A stretch of 64,000 nt of DNA from Staphylococcus sp. (GTDB lineage: Bacteria > Bacteroidota > Bacteroidia > Bacteroidales > Muribaculaceae), in contig JAMPDC010000001.1 in the NCBI GenBank assembly GCA_023665865.1, forward strand, positions 1,649,910 to 1,713,909, given 5' to 3'. The stretch's first letter is position 1. Each line of letters opens with the position of its first letter. The notes under the pieces were generated by a model, which was not told where the DNA came from, did not search any database, and worked only from the letters and a program-made list of their open reading frames with translations. The position numbers and the translations under genes are program-made. Positions 58,842 to 64,000 of this stretch are shown here, piece after piece.

Positions 58842-58901
58842 GTGGATGTTAATATCAAGACACCAATACCTCCAACCACCAATCGATTTCGCCTCACTGC
58901 T

Positions 58902-60824
58902 ATGTTACGGATCAAACGCATGGACATCTTCATCCTGCAGAGCTTCGTGCCTCTGTTCATGATGACGTTCTGCATCTGTCTTTTCATCGTGCTCATGCAG
59001 TTCCTGTGGCGTTATATCGACGAACTTGTCGGCAAAGGTCTCGGTGTCGATGTCATCGGAGAACTCTTTTTCTATGCGGCTCTCACGATGATTCCGATGG
59101 CGCTTCCGCTTGCCATCCTTCTCGCCTCGCTGATGACTTTCGGCAACCTCGGCGAGCAATTTGAACTTACTGCCATGAAAGCCTCGGGCATCTCGCTCCT
59201 GCGCACCATGGCGCCGTTGATCGTGCTGATGGTATGTATAGCCACCGGCGCTTTCTTTTTTCAAAACAATGTCCTTCCGGTCGCTCAGACCAAGATGTGG
59301 ACGCTGCTCTACTCTATGCGCCAGAAGTCACCGGAGCTCGAGATTCCCGAAGGGGTGTTCTATGACCAGATCCCCGGCTACAATCTCTTCGTTCAGGAGA
59401 AAAACCGGGAGACCGGTGTGCTCTACGAGGTGATGATCTACGATGTCTCCAAGGGGTTCGAGAATTCGTCGATAATCCTTGCCGACTCGGGAAAGATGTC
59501 GATTACGCCCGATAAGACACATCTCTTTCTGAAACTCTGGAACGGCGAATCGTTTGAAAACCTTAAGGATGCCGGTGCTTCAAACATGAGAAACGTGCCA
59601 TATCGCCGCGAGTCGTTTGACACGAAAGAGATCATGCTGAAATTCGACACCAATTTCAACCGCATGGATGAGCAGGGTATGCGCAACCAGTATGTCGGTA
59701 AAAACATGGCTGAGCTCCGCGCTACCATTGACTCTGTCGGTCTGCGGGTGGACTCCTTAGGCGCTTCCTATGGAAACTCCCTGCGTGAGTTCCCATATCT
59801 TGGTGTCCGTAACTATGACACCCGTATTGATAGCGGTGAGATAGTCAGGACACGTCGCCCCGATGTCGCCATGGCCAAGCCGATGAATGTCGATTCGCTC
59901 CTGCGTGGTTCATCGTCGGGACAGAGGCTCAACTACCTCAACCAAGGTCTGGCCAAAGCGCAGCGCATGCGTCAGGAATATGAATACAAGAGTATGATGA
60001 TGGCCGATGAGATGAAGAGCATGCGTCGCCACGCCATAGAGTTGCAGAAAAAATTCACCCTCTCGTTTGCCTGTATCATTTTCTTCTTCATCGGTGCGCC
60101 GCTTGGAGCTATCATCCGCAAGGGTGGACTCGGCACCCCGCTTGTCATCTCCGTATTCCTCTTCATCTTCTACTATATCATCGACAACATGGGCTATAAG
60201 CTCGCCCGTGATGGCAAGTGGGAGGTCTGGGAAGGTATGTGGCTTAGTGCCGCGGTGCTGTTGCCTCTCGGCATATTTTTCACCTACAAGGCGGTCAATG
60301 ATTCAGCCGTATTCAACAAGGATGCCTATCTCAACTTCTTCCGTCGCTTCTTCGGCGTGAGCGAGGTGCGCCATGTGGAGATGAAAGAGCTCGTCATGGA
60401 TGAGGTCGACACAGCCGATGCTGTCGGCCGTCTGGAGGTGCTGAAAACCGATGTCGCAACTTATCTCAAGGACAATCCTTCCAAACAGAACTATGTAGAC
60501 TACTGGCTTCACGGATATGACCGCGATGGGCTCCACCGCCTGCGTGACACGATCGAAGCTGATGTTGACTATATCTCCAACTCACGCGAGAAAATGGTCT
60601 TGCTGAAGCTTATGGATATGCCCATACTGCGCAGTCTGTGGTTCCACCAGCCGTCAACCCGCAGGTGGCTTTCGTGGACCATGATGCTGCTTTTCCCGCT
60701 CGGTCTGCCGATATGGTTCTACGGACGCAAGATGCAGATGCGTCTGCGTGACGAGTTGCACACCGTCAGCAAGGTCGACGGGCAGCTCATCGAACTCCTT
60801 TCGGCTAAACCCGTTTCCGATTGA
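58902..60824 (+). CDS. LptF/LptG-family LPS export permease
   Basis: Start MLRIKRMD (ATG 58902). LPLAILLASLMTFGNLGE..ELTAMKASGISL and GAPLGAIIRKGG motifs. Confidence 0.9.
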   Translation: MLRIKRMDIFILQSFVPLFMMTFCICLFIVLMQFLWRYIDELVGKGLGVDVIGELFFYAALTMIPMALPLAILLASLMTFGNLGEQFELTAMKASGISLLRTMAPLIVLMVCIATGAFFFQNNVLPVAQTKMWTLLYSMRQKSPELEIPEGVFYDQIPGYNLFVQEKNRETGVLYEVMIYDVSKGFENSSIILADSGKMSITPDKTHLFLKLWNGESFENLKDAGASNMRNVPYRRESFDTKEIMLKFDTNFNRMDEQGMRNQYVGKNMAELRATIDSVGLRVDSLGASYGNSLREFPYLGVRNYDTRIDSGEIVRTRRPDVAMAKPMNVDSLLRGSSSGQRLNYLNQGLAKAQRMRQEYEYKSMMMADEMKSMRRHAIELQKKFTLSFACIIFFFIGAPLGAIIRKGGLGTPLVISVFLFIFYYIIDNMGYKLARDGKWEVWEGMWLSAAVLLPLGIFFTYKAVNDSAVFNKDAYLNFFRRFFGVSEVRHVEMKELVMDEVDTADAVGRLEVLKTDVATYLKDNPSKQNYVDYWLHGYDRDGLHRLRDTIEADVDYISNSREKMVLLKLMDMPILRSLWFHQPSTRRWLSWTMMLLFPLGLPIWFYGRKMQMRLRDELHTVSKVDGQLIELLSAKPVSD

Positions 60825-60856
60825 ACACTCTCGATAACAACCTCTAATATATCCGT

Positions 60857-62086
60857 ATGGAAAACAAGATAAAGTTAGACAATATAGAAGATGCCATCGC
60901 TGATTTTCGTGAAGGCAAATTTGTCATAGTCGTCGACGATGAAGACCGCGAGAATGAGGGAGATCTCATCATCGCAGCTGAAAAAGTCACCCCCGACGAT
61001 GTGAATTTCATGATAACCAATGCCCGTGGCGAACTCTGCGCTCCGCTGTCGCTCTCGCGTTGCCGTGAACTCGGCCTCGAGCGTCAGGTTGAGGACAATA
61101 CCTCAATGCTCGGCACTCCTTTTACGGTCACTGTCGATCTTCTTCCCGGCTGCACTACCGGTGTCTCGGCCCACGACCGTGCGGCTACCATCCGAGCCCT
61201 TGCCGATCCGACAGTAACACCCGAAATGTTCGGCCGTCCCGGCCACGTGCATCCTCTCTATGCCCAGGATGCCGGAGTGTTGCGCCGTGCCGGTCACACT
61301 GAAGCGGCCATTGATCTCGCCCGTCTCGCCGGATTGCAACCGGCCGCATCACTTATCGAGATTCTCAACCCTGACGGTACCATGGCGCGTCTGCCGCAGC
61401 TTCGCGCGAAGGCCGACGAGTGGGGGCTGAAGCTCATCTCCATCCGTGACCTGATCGCCTACCGTCTGCTTAAGGATTCGCTCGTCGAGGAGGGTGTGGA
61501 GGTCGACATGCCTACAGCCTACGGACATTTTCGTCTGATTCCATTCCGCCAGAAGAACAATGGCCTCGAACACATAGCTCTTATCAAGGGCGACGTCAAG
61601 GGCGACGATCCGGTGCTCGTCAGAGTCCACTCTTCGTGTGCGACCGGCGACATCTTCGGCTCGATGCGCTGTGACTGCGGCGAGCAGCTCCACAAAGCTA
61701 TGGAACTGATCGACAAGGAGGGCCGTGGCGTCATCGTCTATCTCAATCAGGAAGGTAGAGGCATAGGTCTGATGGAGAAAATCAAGGCATATAAACTCCA
61801 GGAAGAGGGGCTTGATACGGTCGATGCCAATCTTCACCTCGGACACAAGGCCGACGAGCGCGACTATGGTGTCGGTGCGTCGATCCTCCATATACTCGGA
61901 GTTTCCAAGATGCGCCTGATCACCAACAATCCTGTCAAGCGCATAGGGCTTGAAGGCTATGGTCTTCAAGTGGTCGACAATGTCGGTATTGAAATTGCGC
62001 CCAACCGCTACAATCTGCGCTACATGCTCACCAAGCAGCAGCGCATGGGCCATACGCTCCACATGCCAGGCTCTGTCCAGGACTAA
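60857..62086 (+). CDS. ribBA: Bifunctional DHBP synthase / GTP cyclohydrolase II
   Basis: [23 protein letters not shown]...RCDC and QEGRGIG motifs. Confidence 0.97.
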   Translation: MENKIKLDNIEDAIADFREGKFVIVVDDEDRENEGDLIIAAEKVTPDDVNFMITNARGELCAPLSLSRCRELGLERQVEDNTSMLGTPFTVTVDLLPGCTTGVSAHDRAATIRALADPTVTPEMFGRPGHVHPLYAQDAGVLRRAGHTEAAIDLARLAGLQPAASLIEILNPDGTMARLPQLRAKADEWGLKLISIRDLIAYRLLKDSLVEEGVEVDMPTAYGHFRLIPFRQKNNGLEHIALIKGDVKGDDPVLVRVHSSCATGDIFGSMRCDCGEQLHKAMELIDKEGRGVIVYLNQEGRGIGLMEKIKAYKLQEEGLDTVDANLHLGHKADERDYGVGASILHILGVSKMRLITNNPVKRIGLEGYGLQVVDNVGIEIAPNRYNLRYMLTKQQRMGHTLHMPGSVQD

Positions 62087-62469
62087 AAGACGATGGCTCT
62101 TGCGAGCCAGTGACCGGCGTAGGCAAGCAGCAGACCTGCCGTGAAACTTATGCCTGCATATAGCGCTAAGGTCGTGAAGTCGGAAGTTCCGAAAAGCAAG
62201 TAGTTTTCGTGGATAAAGGTTGAGAAAGTCGTGAACCCGCCACAGAGCCCGATAGTCAGAAACGCTTTCATTTCGGTTGAGAGGGTGAATCCGCGGTCAA
62301 GAGCGCCATATATCAGACCTATTGCAAAGCAACCGATGATGTTGACTGCAAATGTCCCCCATGGAAACATGCTGCCGCCGGAGTGGCCCTGTATCCATTG
62401 ACCGAGCAGATAGCGCAGACAGCCGCCGACGGCGCTGCCACATGCGATATAGATCAGTGTCTTTAACAT
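62083..62469 (-). CDS. crcB: Fluoride channel FluC/CrcB
   Basis: Start MLKTLIY (ATG 62469). G..LRY, GTFAVN and [12 protein letters not shown] motifs. Confidence 0.95.
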   Translation of the reverse strand: MLKTLIYIACGSAVGGCLRYLLGQWIQGHSGGSMFPWGTFAVNIIGCFAIGLIYGALDRGFTLSTEMKAFLTIGLCGGFTTFSTFIHENYLLFGTSDFTTLALYAGISFTAGLLLAYAGHWLARAIVF

Positions 62470-62507
62470 AGATAAGAAAATCGGATGAGTGCGGAGAGTT
62501 AGTTGTT

Positions 62508-63200
62508 CTACTCTTCGCACTCATAGTGTACGTGGTGGTGTGCGGAATGACATTCGGTCAGGTTGTGGTCGATGATGAGATGGCGGTTTGCCATACCGGC
62601 GATGGTCGACATCTCGTGTGACACAAGGAGCAATGTGGTGCTCTTGGCAAGTTCCTCCACAATGTCATAGATGTGATGCTCGAAACGCTTGTCGACATAA
62701 CTGAGCGGTTCGTCAAGGACGAGTACATGCGGGCGCGAGATGATTGCCCGGCCGAGGAGTGCCCGTTGCAGCTGGCCCCCCGAAAGATTGCCTATGCTTG
62801 CCTCCGCATGGCTTTCGAGTCCCATCAGCCTGGTTGTCTCCTTGACACGCGTGCGGATCTCCTCTTTTGACAGTTGCTCGCCTATGAGGCCGGAGGCTAT
62901 GACTTCGCTTACGCTTATTGGGAAACGGGAGTCTATGAGATTTTTCTGCGGTAGATAGCCGATTGAAAGATCTTTGGTCTCTTTGCCGTCGTGATAATAT
63001 GTGACAGTGCCTTCCGTCGGTTTCAGCAAGCGCAGCAGTATTCGTAGCAGAGTGGTTTTTCCTCCACCGTTAGGCCCGGTGATAGCGATGAAATCACCTT
63101 GGCGGACATCGAAGTTGATGTCGTTGAGCACTGTCTTCTGTTCCCAGCGCTTGCTGATGTGGCGCAGGGCTATGATTAGTTCACGCTCTTCTTGCTCCAT
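62508..63200 (-). CDS. znuC: Zn/Mn ABC transporter ATPase
   Basis: GPNGGGKT, LSGGQLQR and LDEP motifs, with a His/Cys-rich tail. Confidence 0.88.
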   Translation of the reverse strand: MEQEERELIIALRHISKRWEQKTVLNDINFDVRQGDFIAITGPNGGGKTTLLRILLRLLKPTEGTVTYYHDGKETKDLSIGYLPQKNLIDSRFPISVSEVIASGLIGEQLSKEEIRTRVKETTRLMGLESHAEASIGNLSGGQLQRALLGRAIISRPHVLVLDEPLSYVDKRFEHHIYDIVEELAKSTTLLLVSHEMSTIAGMANRHLIIDHNLTECHSAHHHVHYECEE

Positions 63201-63205
63201 TGTTT

Positions 63206-64000
63206 CTATTTGTTGACACCGCCCGTGGCAATGGCATCGGCGATTGCAACCATCTCATCTTCCCAATGGTAGGAAAGAGGGTTGATGCTGACGCGGTTGA
63301 CATCAAGCTGGTCGCTGAGGGTTTCGGCCTGACGGCTGTCAAGATCTTTTTGGTAGAAAAAAAGTTTCACATTGTGTTCGGCAGCTTCGTCGATGACATG
63401 CTTCAGGCTACCCATCGCCATCTCTTTGTTGTCGGAATTTCCGGCAGGAATCTGGACCAGATCGTAGTCGCGTGCAAAATAGCTCAGCGATGGATGCCAT
63501 ACCATGAAGGCTTCGCCGGAGTGGGTGGCGAGCTTTGCGGCAAAGGCATTGTCGAGCGAGTCAAGATGCTGTGTGAGCCGCTCATGGTTGCGGGTGTAGT
63601 AATCGGCATTTGAGGGGTCGATCTCCACCATGGCCGACAGCATGTTGCGTGCTATGATCTTAGCATTTTTGACAGAGGTCCATGTGTGTGGGTCGATGGT
63701 TCCGTGAGGGACACCGTCGTGCGAATGTGTACCCGTGATGGGGACAATGCCGAGCGATGTGTTGAAAATCGGCAGATCCGGTTGCTCGGCATGGATTTTG
63801 TCGAGTATCGCCTCCTCAAAGCCGATATTCCCGATGCGGAGGAAGCCGATCGATTTCGAGAGGTTGAGGATATGGTTGACCGACGGATCAAATGTCTCGG
63901 GGTTCGCGCCGTTGGCAATCAGGGTGCGCACCTCGATGCGGTTGCCGGTGATCTGCTCCAGCAGATATTTCTGGGGCTCGATGCTTACGGTGACGATAGG
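63206..64000 (-). CDS. znuA: Zn/Mn ABC substrate-binding protein, 5'-truncated by the window edge
   Basis: Frame is open to the window end (PIVTVSIEPQKYLLEQI). DPHTWTS and HPSLSYFARDY motifs, His-rich loop. Confidence 0.88.
   Translation of the reverse strand, partial: PIVTVSIEPQKYLLEQITGNRIEVRTLIANGANPETFDPSVNHILNLSKSIGFLRIGNIGFEEAILDKIHAEQPDLPIFNTSLGIVPITGTHSHDGVPHGTIDPHTWTSVKNAKIIARNMLSAMVEIDPSNADYYTRNHERLTQHLDSLDNAFAAKLATHSGEAFMVWHPSLSYFARDYDLVQIPAGNSDNKEMAMGSLKHVIDEAAEHNVKLFFYQKDLDSRQAETLSDQLDVNRVSINPLSYHWEDEMVAIADAIATGGVNK

Noticed and set aside
62470-62507. Fluoride riboswitch before crcB
   Set aside because: The gap is too short and lacks the GGnGAUGG core.

Overview
A gene-dense chromosomal segment from a Bacteroidales bacterium. 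The phylum call rests on many TAnnTTTG (-7) / TTTG (-33) promoters, A-rich translation starts without Shine-Dalgarno motifs, and gene order. Muribaculaceae-like is my inference only. Most of the window is housekeeping or metabolic: rnfDGEA, NhaD, a Na+-pumping methylmalonyl-CoA decarboxylase operon, rubredoxin, an arabinose operon with a clear AraR operator, hup-bS22-rng, guaA, leuACD-cimA-leuB, metY, thrS-infC-rpmI-rplT, dnaG, an uppS-bamA-skp-skp-lptF/G-ribBA envelope operon, and znuAC-fluC. I saw no tRNA, rRNA, CRISPR array, integrase or transposase. Two real small genes are missing from the supplied ORF track: rubredoxin and a 29-aa bS22-like ribosomal protein. The best candidates for uncharacterised biology are: (1) an overlapping HipA-like kinase + DUF3037-like gene pair; (2) an ORF-less ~310-nt minus-strand transcription unit downstream of dnaG (sRNA candidate); (3) an ECF sigma / truncated anti-sigma / SusD-less outer-membrane receptor trio; (4) an HxlR-controlled Cys-rich DUF5131-type radical-SAM-like gene; (5) candidate cis-regulatory RNAs or uORFs before rplT and leuA. 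All family assignments come from motif recognition by eye. No database searches were run.
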